DNA of 64,000 bases from Camelus dromedarius (GCF_036321535.1 NC_087437.1:76572001-76636000), one strand, 5' to 3'. Numbered from the stretch's first letter, positions 50,576 to 62,659 are shown. Notes: a model not told the origin generated them from the sequence alone. Made by a program: numbers and translations.

Positions 50576-51168
50576 TGTTACCCCAAAAGGTAAAGACCCC
50601 ACGTCTTGTCATACCTGAAAGACAAGTATTTTTGCAGTCGGGACATGGTGTTTTGTGTAGTGAAAGATTTTAAAAGACTTATTTAAAAGGAAAGGAAAAG
50701 TACACCCCCAAGAATGGGAGGTGGGCTGACCGAAGGGAGGAAAAAGTGGAGGTTTTTGTCTCCCCTTTCTCTTAGACCCTCACTTAGAGGTGGTCTCTTG
50801 ATTGATTGATGACTCTTGTCCCTGGAATGCTTAGTCATGTTTGGGCCCTTTTGCACATGTCCTTACTCATGGTGTACACAGAAAAACCCATGGGAGAGGG
50901 GTGCTAAACTACAGTGTTAATTATAATACAATGAACACTGATGGTGTCTGATTAAGTCCTTTCTACTACTGTGCAGTCTTGACTGTTGGGTTTTAACCAG
51001 TTTTTTTTGTTTGTTTGTTTATTTATTTATTTATTTATTTTTGCTGGCACTCATTTAGAAGAAGTACAGTCCCTTTATGCTGGAGGTGGGTATAACGCCA
51101 TCTTCTGGACCATCCTCCCTTTCGTTCACCTACCTGCCTGGTGTTCCTACTTATCTAACTACCTAACA
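50576..51168 (-). mobile_element. ERV1-class 3' LTR of a deleted provirus
   Basis: Minus strand begins TGTTAGGTAGTTAGATAAGTAGG immediately after the polypurine tract AGAGGGGGGAAA (51169-51180) and ends ..GGGGTAACA. Confidence 0.8.
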
Positions 51169-51180
51169 TTTCCCCCCTCT

Positions 51181-51410
51181 AGTCATAAGACCCTGAATCT
51201 TTGGGACGTAGAGAGCGACAACCGCTCTAGCTACTTCCTGCTGGACCGGGGCGACGAGGGGGCTCACTGAGGTCCTAGACTAGCTGACTATCACCGGGCA
51301 GTTGGTGAGCAGAGGGTTGGTGTCCATCAAGGGGGCTCATGTAGAGGCTGTCTTGGCTGATTGGTCGATCACCTTGTTGTATAACCATCTGAAGTCTGAT
51401 TGACTTGGAG
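51181..51410 (-). pseudogene. env: ERV env cytoplasmic-tail remnant and 3' untranslated region
   Basis: Peptide SIRLQMVIQQGDRPI resembles gamma-type TM tails (IKLQMVLQQGY); ERV1 3' motif CAGCAGGAAGTAGCTAGAGCGGT at about 51221-51243. Confidence 0.65.
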
Positions 51411-51414
51411 TGCT

Positions 51415-52012
51415 GCTTGAACAGCAGTCACAGATTGTTAACAGGTTCACAAGGGTATGTGGGATCTGAGGGGCTTTGGGTACCAGGGTCTGGGGTTTTA
51501 ATGGATTGGTCTTCCTGGGTGGACTTCCAGGGCTTCACTCTGGTATGGTGTGTCCAGCTGGCAGTCCCAAGAAGCTTTACTGTAGTGGGAGAGGATAGAA
51601 GAACAGGGTAAGGCCCTTTTCAAACAGGTTGAAGCTGGGAGGCTGGGGAGCTGTCCGTCCAGACTTTGACTAATATCTGAGTGCCAGGTGGATGCAAAGG
51701 AGATGCTATTGTCACTCGAGGTTCTGTTGTTTAACCCAAATTTCCTCAGGGTGCTTTGGAATTGATTAAGAACTTGGGCATATTCCCCTAAAGAGGTGAC
51801 TTTATTATCTATCAGTGTTTCCATTCAAATAAATGGCATTTCATAAAGAGCTTCATCAGGACTAAGGCCCAGGGTTGCCTTGGGGGCTACTATGGTTTGT
51901 AAAAGAGCTATTGGTAGGGCCTCTTTCTTTGGGCTAGCTCTAAAGCTCATGTTAGGGCAATTATTTTAGCCAGGTGTGCTGAGGTGCCAGTAGGCAATGG
52001 CTTAGCTTTTAT
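51415..52012 (-). pseudogene. pol: ERV pol remnant: RNase H fragment fused to the integrase C-terminal half
   Basis: KAKPLPTGTSAHLAKIIALT*ALELAQ (RNase H GTSAQxAELIALTxAL); ALPIALLQTIVAPKATLGLSPDE (end of integrase core); LQPV*KGPYPVLLSSPTTVKLLGTASWTHHTRVKPW (GPY/F module); YPCEPVNNL*LLFK (pol end). Confidence 0.88.
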
Positions 52013-52039
52013 AAACTCATGGAGGGACATGACCGAGTG

Positions 52040-52064
52040 CCCCCACTTACCTAGCTACCTAACA
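52040..52064 (-). mobile_element. Stub of the 5' LTR of the same provirus
   Basis: Minus strand TGTTAGGTAGCTAGGTAAGTGGG versus 3' LTR start TGTTAGGTAGTTAGATAAGTAGG (20 of 23 identical). Confidence 0.75.
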
Positions 52065-53854
52065 TTGTCATTTCTGATTTATTAACAAAAAAACCCAACA
52101 ACTATACTTTGGTTCTTATTTGTAACTCCTTGCATGTATAATTCCCATGGGGGATACCTTGGCAAGGATGGGCGATTAATAGGAATTTCCGGGTCTCTGG
52201 AAATAATATATATTTCAATTAAATAACTTCTAATTCAGTTCCTAAAGGAACAAGTTATTTCTGTTAGTTAGGAAACAGAAGGCTATTGCCATCATCTTTG
52301 GAATTTAGCATAATGTCTTGCAAATGATCAGTGCACAATAAATATCTGGGATGAATGAGTGCATCGTGGAACTCTCTCTGTTTATGGGCAGATGAGTCAT
52401 GACTCAGAGAAGTGAGAGATTGATTAGTTGAAGACCACACAGCTAGGTACCAAGTGGCCAAGATAAGAAACTATTTTCTGATAAATCTCAGTTCATTACT
52501 TTAAAAATTGTTTCCACTGCTTCTTGAATTGTTTTTGTATTGCCTTAAAACTATAACTCTTCTCAAGAGTGCAGGAAAAAGTCAACTATTTACCTACAAA
52601 GCTAATGGGGCTGAGGAATCAAAGACAGCCCTGAGACACACTATTGTGAGTAGTCAAATTCTACATTGGATGCCAGAAAATCAGAAGCAAGAAATTATTC
52701 AGCTCTTCTGAATAAAGTATCCATTTAAATAACAATGATAGTTTCTGGTATATGGTAGTTGTATGTATGTGTGTCAGTTCTTTCTGATTTAATCTTGATG
52801 TCTGGGATTTTTGAAGGGTTGTAAGAAATCATGGGAAAGGCTGGCCAGGGCACAGAAGGAGTTCTTTCTGATTACAGAGCTCATTGCCTGAATTCTTCAG
52901 CAAGATTTTCTCTAAAAGATGTCACCGAAAATTGACCTAATTTTTAAGAGAAAACAAAATCATTAGAAAAATGCGCTAGGCTTACTTATAAACAAATGTA
53001 TGTTGGTTATAAAAGTATATTTTGTAAATTCAGAGAAACTAGGAATTTAGCCTAATTCTTAATTTAAAAAGTACATAGTTTGCAGGCTCACCCCCCCCAA
53101 TTTTCCAATTTCATAGAATTCAAACTACTGATAGAAATACTTTGCCCTTCTCTTATAAAATGTCACAGTAAAACCATTTGAACTGAAAATCTGGAATGTG
53201 AGTTTTCATTATCAAAGAAAGGAAATTTTAGCAAGGTTTCAGAAATTTCTTGGTTGTAACCTTTGAAACATCAGTATATTAAGTTATATTTTAATGGTAT
53301 TTAATTTTGAAAAGAATGCCTGTTATGTTTAATACTACAACGTAAACTGAGAGTAATGGCATTGTTTATTCATTCAAACCAATACTTTGTGAGTATCTGA
53401 CATTGCCAGGTTACTGTATGGAGATAGAAAAACAGGTGAATTTCAAATTCTGCCCTCTGTCATTGTAACGGGATAAGTAAGGGAATAATACATGAATCTA
53501 AGATACTATGATTAGCCTGATGGTGGAACGAAGCGCAGGGTATTAGCTAAGTGGAAGCATAAAGATTATGAAGAGGAAATGTTTCTTGGATGACAGAGCA
53601 GGGACCACAGAGCAGGACATTGTGTAGAAACATTTGCTGAGTTGGATATACCGTATTTTCTTCTCAGATGATTATCATAATTACTTTGAAGCTCATACTG
53701 CATTTTTAGGTATTTGCATTCAAATGATTCCAGTATCTGCATGGGGCAGATGTAACAATCTCCTTTAAAAGTACTCAGCGACTTTAGAAGACTGAAACTG
53801 AGTTTGAAAAGGCCCGAACTGTGATCTGTGCTTCCTCATTTGGAGTCCACTTAG

Positions 53855-54098
53855 CACAGGTGGCAGAGTGCAGGGTGAAAGGCCAGAATCCCTGGGATCA
53901 AGGGTCAGCTCTGATAGTTATTGACTGTGCCCATTGACAAATTAATCCATAAATTGTACTTCCTTTTCTTCATTTGAACAAATGTGGATGAAAATACCAC
54001 CCACCTTTATAAGGTTGTGATAAAGATTATGCTTACAAGTTAGAGCAATTTCTGACACATTAGGGGTCAATAAGTGATATCTATTATTTTTATTATTA
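53855..54098 (+). mobile_element. MIR SINE
   Basis: GCCAGAATCCCTGGGATCAA..CAGCTCTGA..TTTTCTTCATTTGAACAAATG..TAAGGTTGTGATAAAGATTA..CTGACACATTAGG..CTATTATT. Confidence 0.65.
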
Positions 54099-54523
54099 TG
54101 ACTAATTTATAATAACAAAACAAAAAACAAGTATTAAGGTTTTTAACCCAACATTCTTTATGGACATTTTATATTTAAAAACAAACAAAACAACCAAATG
54201 GTATATGACCTGCCTACATGTCTTCACCTTCCAGACCAGTTATGAAGGTCTGGTTAGAATGGGGTTGGGTCACTTGAAGGGGTGGGGCTCACTGGAATGC
54301 CCGCATTGTAAGAGAGGATTGAATTGCATTATTACCATACATTTTTCATGACAATAAGTGGCTGGACACAGATTTCAGAAGTAGCAGGCAAGAGTTGAGC
54401 TTAAATACACGCTCTGGACATAATTCTGAAAACTCCCTGGATCGGAGTGAATTGTGAAAGGGTCTCTCTCCTCCTTTGAAGTGAATTTGGATTAGAATTT
54501 TAAATAAAAAATCCAGCTCATAT

Positions 54524-55070
54524 TTTTAAACCACCCTCTGGAGTCGGTCCTCAACAAAGGTCCTTCTGCCTGGTGTCACTGGAGCCAATAGAACAAGACA
54601 GAGCTCGGCTCAGAAGCAAAGGAAAGCTTTCTTTGATCAGAGAATGGAGAGTGCGAGCTTGTGCTCCGGAGTACACACTTTGCCTGAGAAAGGCCCTCGC
54701 CACACTTTGTAGGGAGCTGGTGAGCCGGAAGGGGGAGGGGGCGGAGTCCTCTGGTTCAGGCTCCACCGAGCTGCGCATGCTCCAGATCGCGGTCCAGGGC
54801 GCCCCGTCTCTGCACACAGCCCACCGCCGCCATCTTGACTTGAGGCGTCGCGAGGCGCTCCTGCCCACAGTCGCAGAACTGAAGTGTCCGGCGGAGCCGT
54901 TTTACACTAGAAACTCTGGTCTGAAGTTTCTGGGGCGAGGTCTCTGCATGTCGCAGACCGCAAGTGAAACTAAACTAAGCACAAAGGAAAGCAAAAAGGT
55001 TAGACTTTATTTAATTACCCACGTTCTATTTTTATTTCCTGGGTATTGTTAACAGGCTTTACTGGTGACA
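54524..55070 (-). mobile_element. CpG-rich solo LTR (ERV1-like), 547 bp
   Basis: ATAT 4-bp flanks at 54520-54523 and 55071-55074; minus strand starts TGTCACC and ends GGTTTAAAA (CA end apparently mutated); TATA-like CTACAAA, then poly-A-like AAGAAAGCTTTCCTTTGCTTCT, in U3-R-U5 order. Confidence 0.65.
54720..54900. promoter_or_regulatory. Small CpG island with housekeeping-type promoter motifs
   Basis: ETS CCGGAAG 54725-54731, GC box GGGGGCGGAG 54737-54746, NRF1-like TGCGCATGCT 54772-54781, YY1 GCCGCCATCTTG 54826-54837; visibly the most CpG-dense stretch in the window. Confidence 0.55.
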
Positions 55071-55324
55071 ATATGGGACAGATTTGTTATGACCTGGATG
55101 AAGAGAATGGAGTAAGAGAATCACAAATTAGACCTTTCTGGAGCAGACATCAGTAATCTCCACGTAGTGCATTTCATCTGGGTATAAGTCTGTGAGAAAA
55201 AAAAAACGGTGGTTGATGCTAAAGATTGGACAAACTTACGTGAGGGGGCTTAGTACAAGGAAAATTGTAGGCACTTTAGTGTCCTACAGAGATTGAATTT
55301 ATCGGTTACTAGCAACATATTTTA

Positions 55325-55445
55325 CCTAATTCCCCTGATATTTAGTTCCCTCCTCTGTAAAATGGGTACAATATTTACTACTTCCCAAGGTTGTTATGAG
55401 GAATAAGTGTACCAAAGCATGCAATATAGGGCATGATTAATTCCT
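55325..55445 (+). mobile_element. MIR SINE fragment
   Basis: AGTTCCCTCCTCTGTAAAATGGGTACAATA..CTACTTCCCAAGGTTGTTATGAGGAATAA. Confidence 0.7.
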
Positions 55446-56819
55446 GTGAAGTATCAGATCTTTTCCTCAATCTGGGAATTCCAAATAACTTGCTACTGCC
55501 TTCTGGGAGGAAAGGTGCTCTGGGAAAGTGGGAAGGGATTACTACGGGAAGGTACTCCTTCCTTCTAACCTTTCAGTGTGCCTTCTGTAATACCGTATCT
55601 GGCAGGCAATGCTTCTCTTCTCTCTGGATAGTAAAATTCTCCATTTATTGCTTGAAGCTTCATTATACAAAATATTAGGGAAAAGAGAGTGCAGTTCCGG
55701 CATTCCCAAAGTGGTTTAACTTATTTTTATATGTAGTTTTTAAAAAACATAAATATTAAGTCGTTGAATTTGATGTTCATTGGGAAGGAGGATACAAAGC
55801 AAAAAAGAAACAAATAGGTGCTCACAGAGAAGGGAGGAAGAACTTGATAATCTCTGAATTGTAGCCTCTGCTGATAAAGACAAATGCTGGCTGCCGATAT
55901 GCCTTGTGTTTTACAGAGCCCTGGAGTGCGGCCAGCCATTATCCACCTTAATATTAAATAAGCATTTGTACAGAAACGCCACATAAGTATGAGAGATGCT
56001 AACTGCTCATAACATTTTAATTTTTTTTTTCTTTTTGAATTTAGCAGGCAGTTAGTCATAAAATAAAGTATGCTATTTGGGTAGGTTGAGATTTTAATGT
56101 CCAGCTTTTAAATTTTTCTGAGATAATTTTTCTGTGAAAAGTTAGTAATAAACACTTCGTATCTGCATCATGCCTCACTCTGAAGAGATCAAAGTCCTGA
56201 TCAAAAACTCATTGAGACCCAGGAAGGGTGCCGGTCTCTCTGTACTCTGCTCAGCTCTCCGGGAAATGCTGCTGCCAGTGGTGGGCCCCACCTGTGGGGA
56301 AACTGCCTCTTTTTTGTACCATTAGCTTCTTGAAGGTCTGCTCATTACTTATCCCTTGTGGCGAACATCTCAAATCCTGAAGGTTCACTGCCCATCTGGT
56401 TCTAGAACAATCTTTGAAGGATTTTTTTTTTCATGTTTCTGTTAAAATTTTATTTTAAAGTCAGTTTTAGTTTAGAGACAGTTATGCAAAATATTTGTAC
56501 AAAAGCATTAAATAAAACAATTTCTAGTAACCTCTTAGGATTACTGCAGAAGGAGAAGTGATACTTGGAAGTTAACAGTGAGAAAATGTATTTTAATAGA
56601 AAATTCTTACCTAATCTGAGACTTCTATAATTCTGTGTTGTTTTAATGAAACACATTATCCTCCATACTTTTAATGTTTCTTCTTTTCACTGCTGTGAAG
56701 GTGTATTCTTTTTTTTCCCCCTGTCTGTTTAAAAATTACTTCCTCTTAGAGGATTTTCCATACCTGACCATAGGCCCTATTTGTCATTATTTGCTCCAAC
56801 CTGTTTCCTCAAGTCTAGT

Positions 56820-56980
56820 ATCCTTATTCATGGCGTTATAATTATTTGTATACACGTTTATCTCTTAAGTGTGCTAGGGACCATTTGAAGAGAAGTCATC
56901 CTATTGTTTTCTGAATGTTTATTGTCTAACAAGTGCTGGACACATACAAAGTGCTCAGAAATGTTTTAGAATGAATGACT
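56820..56980 (+). mobile_element. L2 3'-end fragment
   Basis: GTCTAACAAGTGCTGGACACATACAAAGTGCTCAGAAATGTTTTAGAATGAATGA. Confidence 0.6.
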
Positions 56981-57804
56981 TCTATAAATTACCAGGAGAT
57001 TTTACAGAATTTGAAACTGCAACAGATGTTCCACTTCAAACAGACTCCTCTTTGCTTATACCAAATTAGTGTCATGTCAGGAGACTTTCTGTTGTTGGTG
57101 CTTTAAAAACAATTAAACCATCTCCTTTTTTTTTTTTTTTTAACTTTAAATGAGCATTTGAGAAAGGAATAGCAAAAAGGAAATACCCTGTAATCTTAAA
57201 TAAAAATCAGATAAACAATAATTATGCAGCTAACTTTCAAAATTGATTTTGCTTTGTTAACTGAAAAATTGTGGGTGTTTAAACAGAAAGGAAGATGCCT
57301 GCTTATGAAAGGCAACAAGGAGGTTCAGTTTCTAGAAACTTCTGTAGATACGTTAAGCATGATTCTTTGTGGTTGCACCCCTAAAGCAATATAGGCACTT
57401 GCTTGTTCTTGTGTGTGTTCATTTTTTATCTCATTTTGTCTGTTTGAATTTTATAGCACACAGTATAATCTTCAAGAGAATGTGGGTGTAACTTATTCTT
57501 CCTTACTCTGTGGAAACTTGAGGCAGTTTTTCAACAAAATAGTTCAGTGACTTGCTGTAGGGCCACAGAGAAAGTAAATTGTAGTGAAGGGAAGCAAGTT
57601 CAGGTCTCTTCCTTTTCTGGATTCCCATTCTACTCTATGGAGATTAAAGTGTTCCATCCTTAAACCACACATTTCATAATGATCTATAAAAGAGTATAGC
57701 GTTTTTAAGGTAGTGTGACCCTCCATAGAGAAACAAAGATCTATATAAGTAACAGAACCTGAATACAGCATGTCCAGAATGAAGAGCTTTAAAAATACTC
57801 ATCT

Positions 57805-58230
57805 TCACTAATTCCATTCTTGAAAATCTCTCTTAAAGAAATAATAATAAAAATATTTACAAAGGTTTATGCTGAAGAGCTTCACATCATTGTTTATCTT
57901 AGTAAAAAAAATCAAAACTATTAAGTGTTCAGCAATGTAGACTGGGTAGATTAATCTTAGTATGTCTATATGATAAAATATAAAACAAAAATTCTGGTTT
58001 TGGTAAGTTTTTATAAAGACACTGAAGAATGGCCACAATATAATATTACATGAAGAAAGACAGGAACAAGTTAGTATAAAAAAACATGATTTAATTTTTA
58101 AGCAAAAAGTGTACACAAACATGCACGTACATACATATTAGAATAAAAAGTGAAAAAATAAGAAATATAAGAATAACTTTTTTTTCCATTTTTCATTATA
58201 ATGGGCATACATTGCTGCAAAATTTGTTTT
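57805..58230 (+). mobile_element. Old L1ME-like 3' region fragment
   Basis: CTAATTCCATTCTTGAAAATCTCTC..AAAGGTTTATGCTGAAGAGCTTCAC..CATTGTTTAT..TAAGTGTTCAGCAAT. Confidence 0.55.
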
Positions 58231-58426
58231 AAAAGAAATTTTAAAAGGCATCAGCTTATAGGTTAATACGATTCTATGGTGATTTTACTGTGGAAAGTTA
58301 CTTGTCAGGGTAGATCAGGGATCAGAGTGACTTTGGGGAGAGAAGCTTTTAAAGAACATTCCTGCCTGGGACTCATCTCAGTTCTGTTGCATAAATACAT
58401 CTGGGAATGTGGAGGTAGAACCCAGC

Positions 58427-58468
58427 AGATAGATATAGATATAGATATAGATATAGGTATAGATATAT
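58427..58468. repeat. (TAGATA)n microsatellite within a MER5-like remnant
   Basis: AGATAGATATAGATATAGATATAGATATAGGTATAGATATA. Confidence 0.85.
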
Positions 58469-59189
58469 AAAATTTTTTTCTGTAAACCTTTCTCCAGATA
58501 ATTCAGATAAACATCGCTGATTATACTTTGGTTATAAATAAAGAGACCAAATCGTCAATCAAGCTTAAAAAGAAAGGGTGATGATGGATGAGTAGGAAAC
58601 ATTTGACTTCTATGGGAAGAATAAGTGAGGCGCTCAGAGTTCTCTGAAGAGGGAGATAATCATTGAAACATCTTTAAAAACCTGCCTGTTGCAATAGAGA
58701 TAGGATAGTAGTTGGTGACTTACAACTTTCTTAAACTCCAGAATTGAGGGTTGGCATAAGGGGTATGAAGAGATACGTTTTTTAATTGGAATTATGACTT
58801 GAGAACAATATTTGAATCATTATAAGCATATGCATACCTAAATTGGCAGTCTCATTTAATAAACATTTCTGTCCTTTAGCAGTACAATACACACAGCTCA
58901 GGAAATTCTTCTTACCCTCCCATTTTACATGATACTCTTTCTGCTGTTTTTTTTAACTAGTTTTTATATCACATAATATTTTGTTCTTTTTTAGAGTCAG
59001 TGTTTGCTCAAATTGACCCTAAATTTTGGCAGTTTATTTGCTCATCATGCTTTCTTTCAAACCATTTTTTTCTTCATTAAAATTGTTTCTTATGAAAATT
59101 TAGTGGCTCACTGGTTCTCAGACTTTGAATGTTTTAAAATGTCTGAATTTTACCTTTACTTTTGAATATATAAAACAAAATATGAACAG

Positions 59190-60302
59190 ATGTCAGCTCG
59201 ATGGAAGAATAGGTCTGTGCTATCATTCTCCCAAAGAAACACTGATTTAACAATGATATACAAATCAAGTACCTTTGTGAGATTTCTGGAATCCTTGTTA
59301 AGAAATTGCAGAGCCCCAGATGAACACAAGCTGATGCACTGAAACACGTAAGAGCTATTTCACTTTACCCATGTCAGCCCCTCCCCCAAGCCAGCACAGC
59401 TCAGTACCAGGAGGCTCTGGCTTTCCACTTCTACCTGCGGGGAAAGACAGTGGAGCGTGCATACCTATATCCCACCATTTTGGAGGGCTGCACAAAGGAC
59501 TGGTTTCTGTCTTACCTTCACTTAGAGAGCCAACAGAACCAGCATAGTTTGAATGCTGGGATTGAATGATGGGTTGGTTCAATTGGGAGAAAGTGTGCAA
59601 CTTGAGGCTTCTCTCTCAGAGGGAAGGGGAGGACTGCAGTGTTTTTTTGTTTTCTCTCAGAGGGAAGGGGAGGACTGCTGTGTTTTTTTGTTTTTTGGTT
59701 TTTTTGTTGTTTTTTTTTTTTGCAGTCCAGCGTTTCAGAGATACCTTAAGGGACTGATATCTGTCTTTTCTGACTCAGGGTGCTAATAAGGAGTTGGCAT
59801 ACTTTGGGTGCCTGGTGGCTTCTCTGCTGCTGAAGAGCCAGAGCACTTGTAGTGCCACAGACAGATGCCAGAGGGCGCTAGAGATTACAAGCGGCTGAAA
59901 AGGAAACTGGCAAGCCTCTCTAATTGACACATTTTATGCACAGGCCCAGAGAAACTGCTTCTCAAAATGGTTTTAGAGGCCCCAAGAATCTGTAGCTGGG
60001 CAAACTGGTAAGGGTCTCTCCTTGCACAAAGCCAGTCTATAAAGACAGGGAGAGGGCTGTTTCTCAAATGAGTGTATATTAACACAAAGCTACAAGGAAC
60101 ATGAAAAAACAGGGAAACCCGGCCCAATCAAAGGAACTAAATATATCTCCAGAAACCAACCCTAGTGAAATGGAAGTAAGTGAATTACCTGACAAAGGAT
60201 TAAAAATAATCTCCATAAAGATGCTCTGTGAGCTGAAGGAAACAATGCACTAGCAAAAGGAGACTGTCAACAAAGAGATGAAAATTATAAAAAGAACCAG
60301 AC
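59190..60302 (+). mobile_element. Old L1M 5' UTR plus start of ORF1
   Basis: 5'-end-like GATGGAAGAATAGG; from 60101 MKKQGNPAQSKELNISPETNPSEMEVSELPDKGLKIISIKMLCELKE matches the L1 ORF1 N-terminus (MEIxELPDKEFKIxxxKML). Confidence 0.8.
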
Positions 60303-61599
60303 ACACCCCTGCCAATATTTGGTTTTGTTAGTCTTTTAAGTAAGTTTTTCAATATGCAATTCCTTATCTGATGACCAATAATGATTAGTACCTTCTTATG
60401 GATTTTTCAGCCTGGAAATGACATATAAATATATATTTATCTTCTTTTATGAAAAGTCTTTTTAAGTTACTTGCCTTTTTATTTTTCATTTGGTTGGTGT
60501 TTTTCTTGCCGATTTTTAGGAGTGCCAATCCTAAACTGTTTCCTACCCTCCCTTACCTTCCCCATGGAAACCCAGGGAAACATTCTGGCCTGATGCTTCC
60601 CCCTCACTCCTGTCTTCTGCCTCCTGACCACCCTGATGTCTTTCTCATGCGGCCCCAAGTAGAATGCCAGGCTTTCTCACTCTAGGGCCTGAGAGTCCTT
60701 TTTTTCTTTTTTTTCTGAGGCTTTTCCCTGTCTCTTCCTGTGACTGCACCTCAATAACCATTATAAAATAATACAAAACAAGTATCAGCAGTGCAGAGTA
60801 CCTAGTATAGATCTTTCCATGAGGCGCCAGCAGTGTCCTTTGCTGTAGCTTACAGCAGTGCCATCAGACTATCCCTAGAGTAAAGCAGAAATAACCTGAA
60901 GATAAAAATTATGTAATAGTCATAGTTAATTTGTTGTCATAACCAATAATACCAGAATGGTGGCAAGTAAAATTATCTCTTAAGATTTTATAGATCAACT
61001 TTAGGAAAATTGCACCTATAAATAGTGAATCTTCTGATCTGTGAACATGGTGTATCTCACTATTTATTTAGGTTTTCTTTAAAATATTTCCAGCAGTGTT
61101 TTGTAGTTTCAGTAAACATATTTGGAACATTTTAAAATATGTTTTTAAGTATTTAATATTTTTGATGCTAACTTCTATTTCTCAGGAAAAACCTGAAAGG
61201 TAGGTAATTGAGAACTTTCTGTAACAAGAAATTTTAGCAGTACTGAAGTGCATAAATAATTAAAAAAAACTCGTATTTCTTTACACCTTCCTTAAGTGCC
61301 AAAAATAAACATATTTATCTAGTAGTCCACAAGATAAATCCAATATATAGCATATAATAATAAGCAGACACGTATAAATGTAAGATTATGCTCAGGGATC
61401 AATCTTCCATTAGTAAATCCTTCATAGAAATCATCTAGGTATCCAATAATTACCCATTTATTAACTGAAGTTGATAGTAGTTTAAATTATTATGGTACTT
61501 AAAGATCTTGAAAATTATAGAACTAGAAGATACAGTTACTATTGGTATAAAATATCAAATTTATGATTCAAATTAACAAAATTTTATATAAATATTATT

Positions 61600-62065
61600 T
61601 TAAACATTAAGCATTAATCTGAGTCCTCTGAGAAACAGATGACAAGATGGCATTGATTACACATGAGATTTTTTGGGAGATTCCCCCTGTGAGAAAAAGT
61701 GAGAAGGGAGCTGGAAGTGGCTGGATGAGCATCAGGTTGCGATACATTTGATCCCTGTGAAGGAGAAGAGGAAAGAAGGAAGAAAGAAGTAAAGCCTTAC
61801 GTTGCAGTACAGCTTTATGAATGTTTTGGCAAGGCCAATGCAGGGTCTTTGTGCCAAAACAGTCTGTCAGAGCAGTCCCATATCTCACTGGAATAGGCCT
61901 GCCTTAGCATCCCTTCTGCACTGAGTCATTGGTTGGGAGCAGCTCAGTGTAAGCATGCCCTTGGCCAAGATACAGTGATGTATTCAGAGCTTTGCAGCTG
62001 GGAATGCCTGTCATTTTCAGTCTCCACAGTTGGAGATCTGAGTGGTGTATTTTTATGACTGTTGT
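61600..62065 (-). mobile_element. LTR16-like ERVL LTR
   Basis: GAAACAGATGACAAGATGG..CATGAGATTTTTTGGG..CCTGTGAAGGAGAAGAGGAAAGAAGG..TTGGCAAGGCCAATG..CTGAGTCATTGGTTGGGAGCAGC. Confidence 0.7.
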
Positions 62066-62650
62066 GGGCTATCCCTTACATCGCACAGATCTGCTTCTCT
62101 GTAGAAGTTCAGGGATCGGCTTCTTCATGATTCTTATGGGCTTATCTTCTTGAGGGGAAGTGTAGCAGACTAGTGAGAGAAGCTACAAGTGCTAATAGTT
62201 GCAGTTGATATTGGGGCTAAAACTGTATTCAGCCTTTCCCACTTCTGCTTTCCATTCCAAATTCCCTCACCCTTTGTTGTTATTACCTGGTTGGATCTTA
62301 GTAGCTTACCTGGTGGTATGACACAAATCTTCCTTTCAGAGTGCTCTGAAACTGGTAATTATTTTCAGGCTAGGGGTTCTGCTTATGTCCATTTATAGCT
62401 ACGGTGGGCAAATGAGTACTAGTTGCTATGGAAGCGGGTCACCTGGGTTCCACATGTATTCTTCCCTCTCCCCACTGTGCAGAACCACCTCTACTCCCGT
62501 TGATCATGGTTGATTACCCTGGACAATATGGTAATTGCTCTTCTTGCCTGCTGTTCCCTGGACACAATTCCAAAGTGCTTAGCAGCAACTCTAACCTGTA
62601 GTTCAGTGGAACCCTTGCTCTGTCCACTGGTAAGAGTGTATTCCTGTGCT
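62066..62650 (-). mobile_element. ERVL internal sequence adjoining LTR16
   Basis: Abuts the LTR; GGGTCACCTGGGTTCCACA..GATCATGGTTGATTACCCTGG..GTTCAGTGGAACCCTTGCTCTGTCC resemble antisense ERVL pol 3' sequence. Confidence 0.5.
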
Positions 62651-62659
62651 ATCCACTGA

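Noticed and set aside
51498..51824. 108-aa ORF as an intact or domesticated retroviral gene
   Set aside because: The integrase GPY/F motifs lie in a different frame with an in-frame stop; the region is a frameshifted pseudogene
54551..55052. 159-aa (+) and 105-aa (-) ORFs, and an ATGGCGGCG start in good context on the minus strand
   Set aside because: GC-rich LTR-like sequence with no recognisable homology; the ATGGCGGCG frame stops after about 25 codons and coincides with the YY1 motif
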